Assembly: GCA_050872545.1 (NCBI GenBank)
Contig: JBNMHA010000001.1
Span: 4,047-68,046 of the forward strand
Length of the DNA stretch: 64,000 nt
Source of the DNA: Spirochaetales bacterium
GTDB taxonomy: Bacteria > Spirochaetota > GWE2-31-10
Direction: 5' to 3'
A program made the translations under genes and the position numbers. Within the stretch, counting starts at the first letter, position 1. Each line of letters starts with the position of its first letter. The notes under the pieces were generated by a model. That model did no database searches, was not told where the DNA came from, and saw only the letters and a program-made list of their open reading frames with translations. Below are positions 17,310 through 26,702 of this stretch, piece after piece.

Positions 17310-18940
17310 TGTCGTCTCCATATCACAACATTAGTTTTTTTATTGTATATTTTTGTTCGACCATAATTCCACATGTAAAATCCTCCGGTAGATGTCCATT
17401 CCCATTTTCCTTTCCACCATTCCCACCATTTACCAGTCTTTTCCCATCTCCAATACCCAGTCGGAACCCATACACGGAACCAAGCATAACCATACTGGTC
17501 TGATGAAGAATCATAAATATCATCAGGAGTAATAATCCTTCCCACACAACCTCGAATAATTGCATGAGCAGGAAACAAAAGTAGAGCATCTAACCATACA
17601 AAAGATTGAAGAGCCGGATATTGATTTTTTACATCGGAATTCAAATCTATTCCTATACTTTTATATCCTGCATAAGGCATATAACTACAGTAAATATTTT
17701 TGGTTAAATCATATTTAAAATTATCATCATCTTCTTTGTCATTATATTTATTTACTGTATATGCTACAGCCCTTTCCATTTCTGTTTCAGAAGTACGTAT
17801 AGGTTCCAAAATTGCAATTCTTTCTCCATTAGTAAAATTTTTCAACGGTTCAAATGACGGATACCCTAAATGTTCAGGCATTCTGTCTCCCTGCAAATCA
17901 CCTTTTGATGTTTTAGGATACGCCGAGAAAACAAAACTTGTAGAATTCGTGGCATTTATCTTACCGTCTGCCATTTTCTTACCTCTTAAATCAATCAATC
18001 CAGCATGGTCGTATGTTCCATATATGCAGCCTTTACTTTTTAGTTTAGAAACCCTGCAAATAATTTGCCCTGTTTTCAATTTACCGTCTTTTATTTCTTC
18101 ATCCGTTATCAAGTTATTGCTATAATAACTGCCGCTGGAGCTGCTGCTTCGAGTTGCCATTGAATTTAGTTTTTTGTGATAGTTTTGAATCTTTTTAATG
18201 TCTATATTTTTATCCAATAAATCAGAGATTTCCATAACTTCATCTTGGTAATTCAAAAGTGCTAAAAAATGAACAAATGACGCTGCATTAACTTTCACTT
18301 CATTGTTTGCCAAAGTTGCTCTACTGTTTCTCGATTTTCTGTATGATAAATATTTTTTTATATTTAATTTTGTACTTCTGGAATTTGAATCATTATATAA
18401 TTCCATCATTGATAAATCTGCTTTAGCATCAACACTCTCATTAGCTGTTAAAATCAACTCTTCTTCAAAGAATTTTTTTTCAATCTCTTTCAACATCTCA
18501 CCTTCGGCAATTTTTGCCTGAATATAATCAGATGTTAAATCATCCTGATTTTTCAATTCCAGTGTTGTTAAATAGTGATATTCCACTTTTACATCATCAT
18601 TTGCACACGCTTCCTCAAACCCTATTTTTAATTCATCAGGCATACTCATATAGAAATCCAATAACTCTTCTTCTGCCTGAACTGTAACAAAATCTGAAGT
18701 TTCGTCTTCTTGTATTCCCCTACTTCTCCTACTTTGCGCAGACTTTATTTTTGTTAATAAATCATTTTCTAAAACTCGTTTATAATCTCTAGTTACGACT
18801 TCATTTTCTGAAATAATTTCTCTAACATCATTTTTTTCCGACACATTTTCTTTCTTCTCCGTGTTTGCCGCATCACAACCTGCGAATAATACAACTGCCG
18901 CCGATAAAACAGACAGACATAAAGCTTTACATCTTTTCAT
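17306..18940 (-). CDS. Lipoprotein (544 aa) with a possible papain-fold (NlpC/P60-like) region and a tryptophan-rich C-terminal tail, first gene of operon 2
   Basis: Lipobox FAGC. Candidate catalytic residues lie in the order Cys (YCSYM) then His (FPAHAI). The last ~45 aa contain 12 Trp (WFRVWVPTGYWRWEKTGKWWEWWKGKWEW...). The enzymatic assignment is speculative. Confidence 0.4.
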   Translation of the reverse strand: MKRCKALCLSVLSAAVVLFAGCDAANTEKKENVSEKNDVREIISENEVVTRDYKRVLENDLLTKIKSAQSRRSRGIQEDETSDFVTVQAEEELLDFYMSMPDELKIGFEEACANDDVKVEYHYLTTLELKNQDDLTSDYIQAKIAEGEMLKEIEKKFFEEELILTANESVDAKADLSMMELYNDSNSRSTKLNIKKYLSYRKSRNSRATLANNEVKVNAASFVHFLALLNYQDEVMEISDLLDKNIDIKKIQNYHKKLNSMATRSSSSSGSYYSNNLITDEEIKDGKLKTGQIICRVSKLKSKGCIYGTYDHAGLIDLRGKKMADGKINATNSTSFVFSAYPKTSKGDLQGDRMPEHLGYPSFEPLKNFTNGERIAILEPIRTSETEMERAVAYTVNKYNDKEDDDNFKYDLTKNIYCSYMPYAGYKSIGIDLNSDVKNQYPALQSFVWLDALLLFPAHAIIRGCVGRIITPDDIYDSSSDQYGYAWFRVWVPTGYWRWEKTGKWWEWWKGKWEWTSTGGFYMWNYGRTKIYNKKTNVVIWRRQ

Positions 18941-18977
18941 AATTAATATCCTTGTAATAAGATTTCACGAAATTGTA

Positions 18978-19009
18978 AGATTAGCCAGCTATTGCAATCT
19001 TATTGTCAA
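18978..19009 (-). promoter_or_regulatory. Candidate sigma70-like promoter for operon 2 (copy of the 10707-10738 element)
   Basis: TTGACA (19009-19004), 20-nt spacer, TAATCT (18983-18978), inside the duplicated module. Confidence 0.25.
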
Positions 19010-19041
19010 GTTTTATCGTTCATGAAAAGCGATTTTGCAAG

Positions 19042-19086
19042 AAAAAAAACTTCCCGGAGGTCAAGAAAATTCTCCGGGAAGTTTTT
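19042..19086. terminator. Bidirectional intrinsic terminator (copy of 10771-10815)
   Basis: A8, CTTCCCGGAG, loop, CTCCGGGAAG, T5. It would terminate the mrp-plus-repeat transcript. Confidence 0.65.
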
Positions 19087-19288
19087 CTTGGTAAATTTTT
19101 TGTTAGTTCTATTGATTTTGAAATTAGTATAATTATAATAAAAAGTTTTTAATTATCAAATAATTAAGATTTTATGCCTATTTAGTATTATTTACAAAAT
19201 GTGTAACAATTTTTTTGCAGGGGACAGACCTCAATTCTATTTTAAGATACAAGCAAATTCGGGTGAATATAAAATATACTAAGGGACA

Positions 19289-19671
19289 GATTAGTATCCC
19301 ATCTTGGGATTAAGGTCTGTCCCTTGTGTTAATGAGATCTCCGGGGCAAGCCCGAAGATGACACGGATTTTCACAAATCACTTTGTTATTCCCGAACTTG
19401 CTTCCTATTGTCATTGCCCGGCGTGATCAGATAATGACAATAGACTTGTATGGTGTCAGACCTATATGCTATTTCGGAATTAAGGTCTACCCCCTTGTGC
19501 TAATGAGATCTCCGGGTCTAGCACGAAGATGACGCGAAATTTCACAAATCATCTTGTTATTCCCGAACTTGCTTCCTATTGTCATTACCCGACGTAACCG
19601 GACAATGACAATAGACTTGCATAGTGTCAGATCTATATTCTATTCCGGAATCATGGTCTGTCCCTTATAAT
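19289..19671. repeat. Tandem array of the 187-bp structured repeat (units 19289-19475 and 19476-19660, plus a partial unit)
   Basis: Units are about 88% identical. Each carries the hairpin ATCT(C/T)CGGG-5nt-CCCGAAGAT and CTATTGTCATT-19nt-AATGACAATAG. Confidence 0.85.
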
Positions 19672-20892
19672 TTAATGACAACAGCCACCACTGCAACTGC
19701 CACCTTCATGACCGGAGCAAGTTCCTTCTCGGTCTGTCAATTTATTTTCTATATAAAGTTGAATAATCGACGAACATTTCCCGACACCTACGCCGCGAAA
19801 AAGTTTTATTCCGAAAGAACGGCAAATATTTGCAGCTTCATCACCCATTCCGCCTGCAATTATCACTTCTACTTTCTTTTCATTTTTCAGCCAAGCAATT
19901 ACATCAGCATGACTTCCTTTGATTACCGAAATCTCTTCTTCTGCCGCTACTGATTTTTGTTTTGTCGTATACAAAGTAAAATATTTTGTATGACCAAAAT
20001 GCGGATTCAGCAGACCATCTTCCGACGGAATTGCCACAACAATTTCTCTATTTGCAATTTCTTCAACTTTAGTCATAACATTCTTGCCAATTTGTGCCAT
20101 AGCTTTTCCTGCAGCGGTTTCTGCATAAAGCGTAACATAAGGTTTGCCTGCGTCCGTTGCATTTACAACCTGCGGTTCCAATGGAATTTTTCCCAATACT
20201 TCGGTACCAAAATCCTCTGCTGTTTGCAAAGTTCCATCAGTTTTAAAAATATCAACAGTTTCACCACAATGCGGACAAACAAAACCGGACATATTTTCAA
20301 CAATTCCTATTACAGGAAGATTCAGCATTCCGGCAAATTTCAATGACTTGCGAACATCCAGCAACGCAACCTGCTGCGGAGTAGAAACAATAACTGTTCC
20401 GGATACATCACCGATTGTCTGAATTACGGACAACGGCTCATCACCTGTTCCCGGCGGGCAATCTACAATTAAGAAATCAAGCTCCGGCCAAAAAATTTCA
20501 TCCAAAAACTGACGTATCACGCCATTTTTTGCCGGTCCGCGCCAAATAATCGGGTCATCGGGTGATTCTAAAATCGATGCAACTGTTACAACATACAAAT
20601 TTTCCTGAGTCGGAACTTGTATCGGAACAGGCAGCCCCTGTTCATTAGTTTTCAAGCGCATTCCCTCGATTCCTGTCATCTTAGCTACTGACGGTCCATG
20701 TACATCTACATCCAGTAATCCAACTTTTTTTCCCTGTGACGCAAGATAATACGCAAGATTTACACTAACCGTACTCTTGCCTACACCACCTTTTCCACTC
20801 ATTACTACAATTTTATGCTTCATCTTATTAAGATTTTCCTGCAAAAAAGACTGCTGCATATCTCCCATTTTTATCTCCTTCTTTAATATCAA
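19672..20892 (-). CDS. mrp: Mrp/NBP35-family Fe-S cluster carrier ATPase fused to a NifB/NifX-like (dinitrogenase FeMo-cofactor-binding) domain with a Cys/His-rich tail
   Basis: Walker A GKGGVGKST, the ParA/Mrp fold, a C-terminal DUF with AGGMGDEAANICRSFGIKL, and the terminal CSGHEGGSCSGGCCH. Confidence 0.7.
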   Translation of the reverse strand: MILKKEIKMGDMQQSFLQENLNKMKHKIVVMSGKGGVGKSTVSVNLAYYLASQGKKVGLLDVDVHGPSVAKMTGIEGMRLKTNEQGLPVPIQVPTQENLYVVTVASILESPDDPIIWRGPAKNGVIRQFLDEIFWPELDFLIVDCPPGTGDEPLSVIQTIGDVSGTVIVSTPQQVALLDVRKSLKFAGMLNLPVIGIVENMSGFVCPHCGETVDIFKTDGTLQTAEDFGTEVLGKIPLEPQVVNATDAGKPYVTLYAETAAGKAMAQIGKNVMTKVEEIANREIVVAIPSEDGLLNPHFGHTKYFTLYTTKQKSVAAEEEISVIKGSHADVIAWLKNEKKVEVIIAGGMGDEAANICRSFGIKLFRGVGVGKCSSIIQLYIENKLTDREGTCSGHEGGSCSGGCCH

Positions 20893-21030
20893 TGATATAA
20901 CCTGTTTTATTCATGCGTACTTTTTTCAATCTTTTATTACGCTTAACTTGTTTTTTAAAGTTCTGCCTCGATAAATAAAAAAGAACCTCCAAATTAATGG
21001 AGGCTCTGTTCAAATATTAACAGACTAAAT

Positions 21031-22113
21031 TTATTTTATTTCCAAAGTCCAGCCAAATTCATCTTTGATTTCACCAAGCTGAATTCCGGTGATAGTATCA
21101 TAAATTTTCTTACTTAATTCCCCGATTCCGCCGTCTTTTACTTGAAGTACCTGATCTTCAAAGCGCAAATGACCTACCGGAGAAATAACAGCGGCTGTTC
21201 CTGTGCCGAAAACTTCTTCCAATGTTCCGCTCTTTGCAGCTTCAAACAATTCATCTACAGAAATTCTGCGTTCTTCTACCGGAACGCCCCAATGCTTGCA
21301 CAAATTGATAACAGAATCTCTTGTTACGCCCGGCAGAATACTTCCGTTAAGCACCGGCGTTACAACAGTTCCGTTAATTTTGAAGAAAATGTTCATTGCA
21401 CCGACTTCTTCAATATATTTACGCTCTACTCCATCCAGCCATAAAACTTGCGAATAACCTTCATCATGCGCTTTTACCTGCGCCTTCAAGCTTGCACAAT
21501 AATTTGCTCCGGTTTTAGCTTCTCCTAAACCGCCGCGTATTGCACGAACATAATCATCTTCTATCCAAATTTTTACAGGATTCAAACCTTCAGGATAATA
21601 TGCGCCTACCGGTGAAAGAATTATCATAAATAAATAAGTATTTGACGGACGAACACCTAAAAACGGATCTGTCGCAATAATAAACGGTCTTATATACAAA
21701 GATGTTCCCGGTTTTGTCGGAATCCAAGCCTTATCGGTTTTTACAACTGCTTCAATAGCCTGTATAAAATCTTCTTGTGGAATTTCGGGAATGCAAATTC
21801 TTTTGTTTGTATTATTTGCACGTTCTGCATTTTTATCTGGGCGAAACAACAAAATTCTGCCGTCTTTTGTTTTATATGCTTTTAAACCTTCAAACATTTC
21901 CTGTCCGTAATGAAATACCATCGATGAAGGTGCCAGTTCCAACGGCTGATACGGAACAATACGAGGATCAAACCAACCTTTGCCTGTTTCATAATTCATA
22001 ATAAACATGTGGTCTGTAAAAATTGTTCCGAATTTTAAAGGATTATCTTCCCCCGGAATCTCTTTCGGATTAGTAGTTTTCTCATAACGAATATTCAACA
22101 TAATGTCCTCCAT
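21031..22113 (-). CDS. ilvE: Branched-chain amino acid aminotransferase (fold type IV PLP enzyme)
   Basis: Length of 360 aa and sequence resemblance to IlvE (…FGTIFTDHMF…, EGLKAYK…, …GTGTAAVISPV…). Confidence 0.75.
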   Translation of the reverse strand: MEDIMLNIRYEKTTNPKEIPGEDNPLKFGTIFTDHMFIMNYETGKGWFDPRIVPYQPLELAPSSMVFHYGQEMFEGLKAYKTKDGRILLFRPDKNAERANNTNKRICIPEIPQEDFIQAIEAVVKTDKAWIPTKPGTSLYIRPFIIATDPFLGVRPSNTYLFMIILSPVGAYYPEGLNPVKIWIEDDYVRAIRGGLGEAKTGANYCASLKAQVKAHDEGYSQVLWLDGVERKYIEEVGAMNIFFKINGTVVTPVLNGSILPGVTRDSVINLCKHWGVPVEERRISVDELFEAAKSGTLEEVFGTGTAAVISPVGHLRFEDQVLQVKDGGIGELSKKIYDTITGIQLGEIKDEFGWTLEIK

Positions 22114-22186
22114 CTAAATACAATTTACAATAAAGTAAAAACGACGGCATTCTATGATTATTTCATATAATTGTAAATGAGAAAAA

Positions 22187-23686
22187 TTATAACCTTCCGT
22201 ATAATGCTGTTATTTCAGCAAGAAATTCTTCATGTTCCGATGTCAAATCATCCCACTTGAATCGCCACTGCCAATTTCCGGAAGCACTTCCCGGCAAGTT
22301 CATTCGAGCTTCACTGCCTTTTCCAAGCAAATCCTGCATAGGCGCAACGGCAATATTTGCAGTACTTGCCCAAGCCGCACGAATAAAATCATAATGCAGC
22401 ATGTCTTTATTTTTTATTCCCAAGTATTTATCTGCCATTTTCTTGTCAATATCTTTTGCCGCATTATACCAACCGTGAACAGTATCGTTATCATGCGTTC
22501 CTGTATAAACAGCACAGTTTTTATCATAAACATGAGGGAAAAACGTTTTGCTGCTAGCTTCTTCGGAATCAAATGCAAATTGCAAAATTTTCATTCCGGG
22601 AAGATTATATTTTTCACGCAGTGCAACAACATCTTCTGTTATCACTCCCAAATCTTCCGCCAGAATAGGAATATTACCGAAAGTTTTTTGCAGAGCTTCA
22701 AAAAGTTCGTTACCCGGAGCCTGCTTCCATTCTCCGTTTATTGCTGTTTCTTCACCGTAAGGAACTTGCCAAAATGCACACAACCCACGGAAGTGATCCA
22801 AACGCAAAATATCAGCCCAATGCAGATTTGCCTCGATTCTCTTAATCCACCATTTAAAACCGTTCGATTTCATATAATCCCAGCGGTAAATAGGATTGCC
22901 CCACAGCTGTCCGGTCGCCGAAAAATAATCAGGCGGAACACCGGCTACTTTCTGCGACAGACCGGTTTTATCATCCAGTAAAAACAATTCGGGAGAAGCC
23001 CAAGCATCACTGGAATCAGCAGCGATATATAAAGGAATATCACCAATAATCTGGATAAAATTGCGGTTTGCATACGCTTTTAGTTCCAGCCATTGTTCTG
23101 AAAATATATACTGCAAAAACTGATAAAACATAATTTCATCGGCAAGTTCTTTTTTATAATGTTCCAATGCATCATGTTTACGCAGTCGAATATCCTCATC
23201 CCAAGTAAACCAAGCTTTTCCGCCGAATTTATCCTTTAAACTCATAAACAGCGCATAGTCATCAAGCCAATCTTTATTCTTGAAAATAAAGTTCTGAAAC
23301 TTCGCATTCTCACGAACTTTTTTTTCACACTTAAATCTTTCAAATGCCTTCTTGAGAATAGGAAACTTCCATTTAATTACTTTGCCGTAATCAACTTTTT
23401 CAGAAGTAAAAGAATGTTCTTCAATATCATTCATTGTTAAAAAACCGCGCAGTACAAGGCATTCCAAATCTATCAGCAGCGGATTACCGGCAAAAGCGGA
23501 AAAACATTGATAAGGCGAATCACCGTATCCGGTATGACCAAGCGGACATACCTGCCACAAAGACTGCCTAGACACAATCAAAAAATCTACAAATCTGTAC
23601 GCTTCACGTCCTAAAGTTCCGATACCGTATTTACCCGGCAGTGATGTAGGATGGAGTAAAATTCCGCTTTTGCGTTTTTCATTCAT
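22187..23686 (-). CDS. malQ: 4-alpha-glucanotransferase (amylomaltase, GH77)
   Basis: The motif SGILLHPTSLPGKYGIGTLG lies at the N-terminus. I chose the start at the ATG preceded by GGAGG; the ORF track extends to 23734. Confidence 0.75.
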   Translation of the reverse strand: MNEKRKSGILLHPTSLPGKYGIGTLGREAYRFVDFLIVSRQSLWQVCPLGHTGYGDSPYQCFSAFAGNPLLIDLECLVLRGFLTMNDIEEHSFTSEKVDYGKVIKWKFPILKKAFERFKCEKKVRENAKFQNFIFKNKDWLDDYALFMSLKDKFGGKAWFTWDEDIRLRKHDALEHYKKELADEIMFYQFLQYIFSEQWLELKAYANRNFIQIIGDIPLYIAADSSDAWASPELFLLDDKTGLSQKVAGVPPDYFSATGQLWGNPIYRWDYMKSNGFKWWIKRIEANLHWADILRLDHFRGLCAFWQVPYGEETAINGEWKQAPGNELFEALQKTFGNIPILAEDLGVITEDVVALREKYNLPGMKILQFAFDSEEASSKTFFPHVYDKNCAVYTGTHDNDTVHGWYNAAKDIDKKMADKYLGIKNKDMLHYDFIRAAWASTANIAVAPMQDLLGKGSEARMNLPGSASGNWQWRFKWDDLTSEHEEFLAEITALYGRL

Positions 23687-23708
23687 CGGTAAGCCTCCGC
23701 ACTTCGTA

Positions 23709-24620
23709 TTATAAATATGATTTTCTGTACTCATCAGCCGCAGTATGAAGCTGTTTTATTCTATTCATAACTTCATCAACCTGACATTGACGACTTTCCT
23801 CTTTTCCTTCTACATTAGGATTTGCGGCTGCAACTTCGGCAATAAATGATTTTGTATCAGTTACTTCTCCAAAGTTGAAAACCATAACATCCTGAAGGAA
23901 AGATTCACGCGTCATATCTTCATGTTCCTTAGGCGGCATATTGTTTCCGTTAATCGAACAGCAGCAAATATAATCAAAAATATTCAGATATGCCATAGTT
24001 TCTTTCATTCCCTTGCCGCTTGACGGATCCCACTCTCTGTAGCGTGTTCCTGCCGGATAAAGAACAAAAATATTGCCTTTGTTTTTTAACTCCATAATTT
24101 TTCGAGTTGCACGCATGTTTATTTTTTTTGCCAGTTCATATTCTTCTTTTTTACTGTCATCATGTGCAATTTTATTCATTCCGCGAATCGGGTAAATAAC
24201 AATTCTTGTAAACATTTCAGTATAAAGCTTAACCAGCGGAGTCTGATTCAATTTCACTCCGGCAACAAAAACAAGCTTGTCGAACAACTTCGCAACTTCT
24301 TCATCACCGCAGTCTTCAAAGCGTGTAAACATACTCGGAACATCCATATTGGAAAGGTGCTCCGACAATATCAAGCAGGATTTGCCTGATTCTGCAAGCT
24401 GTCCGAGTTTTCTTATATTCTCCATTCCTAAAATAGTACTGCCCGGCAAATGACCTAAGCGCATAATTTCAAGCAGCATAGGACGATTCTTTGTATATGC
24501 CTGTTGATAAATATTTTCCGGTGTAATTACCGTATCTTCATTCATTTTTGAGTTCTGCATCATTTTCTTTGCATAATCAAAAAATTCTTTTGTCTTTTCC
24601 CTGCTTTCACTCATTTTCAT
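23709..24620 (-). CDS. Lysophospholipid acyltransferase-like protein (PlsC/GPAT superfamily)
   Basis: An HX4D motif (EHLSNMD), a length of 303 aa and a soluble acyltransferase-like profile. Confidence 0.45.
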   Translation of the reverse strand: MKMSESREKTKEFFDYAKKMMQNSKMNEDTVITPENIYQQAYTKNRPMLLEIMRLGHLPGSTILGMENIRKLGQLAESGKSCLILSEHLSNMDVPSMFTRFEDCGDEEVAKLFDKLVFVAGVKLNQTPLVKLYTEMFTRIVIYPIRGMNKIAHDDSKKEEYELAKKINMRATRKIMELKNKGNIFVLYPAGTRYREWDPSSGKGMKETMAYLNIFDYICCCSINGNNMPPKEHEDMTRESFLQDVMVFNFGEVTDTKSFIAEVAAANPNVEGKEESRQCQVDEVMNRIKQLHTAADEYRKSYL

Positions 24621-25242
24621 TTCCTCCCATATTATCTTCTATATTATTTTCCCATTGATAAAAAACCAATACATTAATTCCGTAACGGCGATAATCAGTC
24701 TGAACCAATTTTCCTATTTGGCTATCAAATGAATCCGTGTACTTTGCATGAATTACAATTATTCCGTTGTCTTTTAGCAGCTCTTTCTGCTCCAACAGTT
24801 CCAAAAGCGACTGCTTATCTTCCATTTTGAACGGAGGATCAAGCATTATGAAATCGTACTTTTTCACACAGCGACGAATATAAGCAAATGCATCCGAAAT
24901 TATCGGGTTAATTTTTCCGGTAAGCCCCAATCTGTCAATATTACCGTTCAAGACAACCTTTTTACCATAGTCGCCTTCTACTACATCTGCGGATTTCACC
25001 ATTCCTCGTGAATATCCTTCAATAGAAATTGATGCCGAACCTGAAAAAAGATCAAGCATTTCCATATCTTTGCGCCCAAACATGATATTGAACAACGCCT
25101 GTTTGCACATCGAAGTCATCGGGCGAATTTCTCCCGGTGGGCAGTCCAGCTTTCTTCCTTTTAATGTTCCTGAGGCAACACGAATGGATAACTTTTTTAT
25201 ATTGTTGTTTCGAGGATTCCTTTTTGTTCCGCCTTTCTGCAT
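24607..25242 (-). CDS. rsmD: 16S rRNA (guanine966-N2)-methyltransferase RsmD-like
   Basis: The DPPF/DPPY-type motif IMLDPPFKM together with an N-terminal RsmD-like region. Confidence 0.6.
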   Translation of the reverse strand: MQKGGTKRNPRNNNIKKLSIRVASGTLKGRKLDCPPGEIRPMTSMCKQALFNIMFGRKDMEMLDLFSGSASISIEGYSRGMVKSADVVEGDYGKKVVLNGNIDRLGLTGKINPIISDAFAYIRRCVKKYDFIMLDPPFKMEDKQSLLELLEQKELLKDNGIIVIHAKYTDSFDSQIGKLVQTDYRRYGINVLVFYQWENNIEDNMGGNENE

Positions 25243-25245
25243 AAC

Positions 25246-26568
25246 TTATCCTAATATCGGAATAATTTTTGGGTCAACTTTGAGGATTTTTGCATCCTGC
25301 TGCCTAATCTTTTCAATTGCACGCTGAATTTGAACAAAAGTACAAGGCATTGTAGCAACGGAGAAAATTGCTGTCTCGCCGGAAGTTCTTACATTGTGGC
25401 TTACAGTTTCAATGTTAATATTTTCACTGCCGATTGCCGTCGTGATTATTCCGGTAATTCCCGGAATATCTTCCGTATCAAATGTAATGTTGTAAGCAAT
25501 TTTCATTTCATCAAATGAAAGGAACTTCAAATTTTGTGTCGGATAACTGCGTAGACTTGCAGTTCCGTAACGAGCAATAAACACAATATCGGAAACGATC
25601 GCACTTCCTGTTTCCGTAGAACCGGCACCTTGTCCAATCAAAATATTTTCATAAGAATATTTTCCGGTAACTTTTACCGCGTTTGTCGCATTGTTAATTT
25701 CCGACAAGAAATTTTCATCACGCACCATCATCGGGCGCACAGTCGCATAAACGCCGTCATTCTCTTTCTTTGCAAAACAAATTAGTTTTATCACCGCTCC
25801 GATTTCTTTCGCAAATGCAGTATCTTCCGCTGTAATCGTGTCAATTCCTAAAATCGGCAGTTCATCCACGCCGACATCCAGCCCATAAATAATTTTAAGC
25901 AACAAAATCAACTTGTGACCGGCATCATGACCGTTAATATCAAGAGTCGGATCTGCTTCCGCATAACCTTTTTCCTGCGCACTTTTTAACGCATCTGCAA
26001 AACTTTTGCCCTCATTTGCCATTTTTGAAAGAATGTAATTACTTGTTCCATTCATAATTCCCTGAACACATGTAATTTCATCTCCGGTAAAGCATTCATT
26101 CACGCCTTTTATTATAGGAATTGCGCCACAAACAGCCGCTTCAAAACCTATAGTTCTGTTGTTTTGAAACGCAGTATCGATAATGGTTTTACTGTATTTT
26201 GCGAGCAAAGCTTTATTTGCTGTAACAAGATGTTTTCCTGAGTTCAAAACGCCTTTTACCGTATTAAGCAGATTTTCTGATGAACCGCCAATAGTTTCCA
26301 CTACTAAATCAATCGAATCATCATCAAGAATTGCCTGCGTAAACTTAGGCATATCGTCTTTAGTCAATTCTTTTCCTTCTCCGCAGAATAATTCGATAGG
26401 AATTCCATGACGTTCAGATGATTTTTTAGGAAATAAATCGAGGATTTTAGCTATCTCAATTTGTTTTCCGCTTTTTATTGCTAATGACTGTGCTTGTTCT
26501 AATATGATTTTGGCAACTCCGCCACCGACTGTTCCACAGCCGAGAATTGCTACTCTGAATTTCTCCAT
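25246..26568 (-). CDS. hom: Homoserine dehydrogenase with C-terminal ACT domain
   Basis: The NAD-binding site ILGCGTVGGGV, a central catalytic domain and a length of 440 aa. Confidence 0.75.
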   Translation of the reverse strand: MEKFRVAILGCGTVGGGVAKIILEQAQSLAIKSGKQIEIAKILDLFPKKSSERHGIPIELFCGEGKELTKDDMPKFTQAILDDDSIDLVVETIGGSSENLLNTVKGVLNSGKHLVTANKALLAKYSKTIIDTAFQNNRTIGFEAAVCGAIPIIKGVNECFTGDEITCVQGIMNGTSNYILSKMANEGKSFADALKSAQEKGYAEADPTLDINGHDAGHKLILLLKIIYGLDVGVDELPILGIDTITAEDTAFAKEIGAVIKLICFAKKENDGVYATVRPMMVRDENFLSEINNATNAVKVTGKYSYENILIGQGAGSTETGSAIVSDIVFIARYGTASLRSYPTQNLKFLSFDEMKIAYNITFDTEDIPGITGIITTAIGSENINIETVSHNVRTSGETAIFSVATMPCTFVQIQRAIEKIRQQDAKILKVDPKIIPILG

Positions 26569-26702
26569 TTATATCTCCCAAATGTTAATTATTAGGTTCA
26601 ATTTCGAGTTTTGGTAAAAACTGTCATTCCTATGCAGCGGCACGACAGTGACATAAAAAATACTCCCCGACATTCGACCTATTAGCTTATTAAAATTTCC
26701 AC

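Larger units (their letters stand above)
18934..19671 (-). repeat. Duplicated regulatory module, copy 2, with the structured repeat expanded to 2.1 copies
   Basis: Identity with 10662-11205, then a second 187-bp unit plus a partial third, abutting the mrp stop codon at 19672. Confidence 0.85.

Noticed and set aside
19624-20422. Plus-strand ORFs 19624..19953, 19957..20346 and 20144..20422.
   Set aside because: They lie entirely within and antisense to the well-supported mrp gene. They have low-complexity composition and no RBS.
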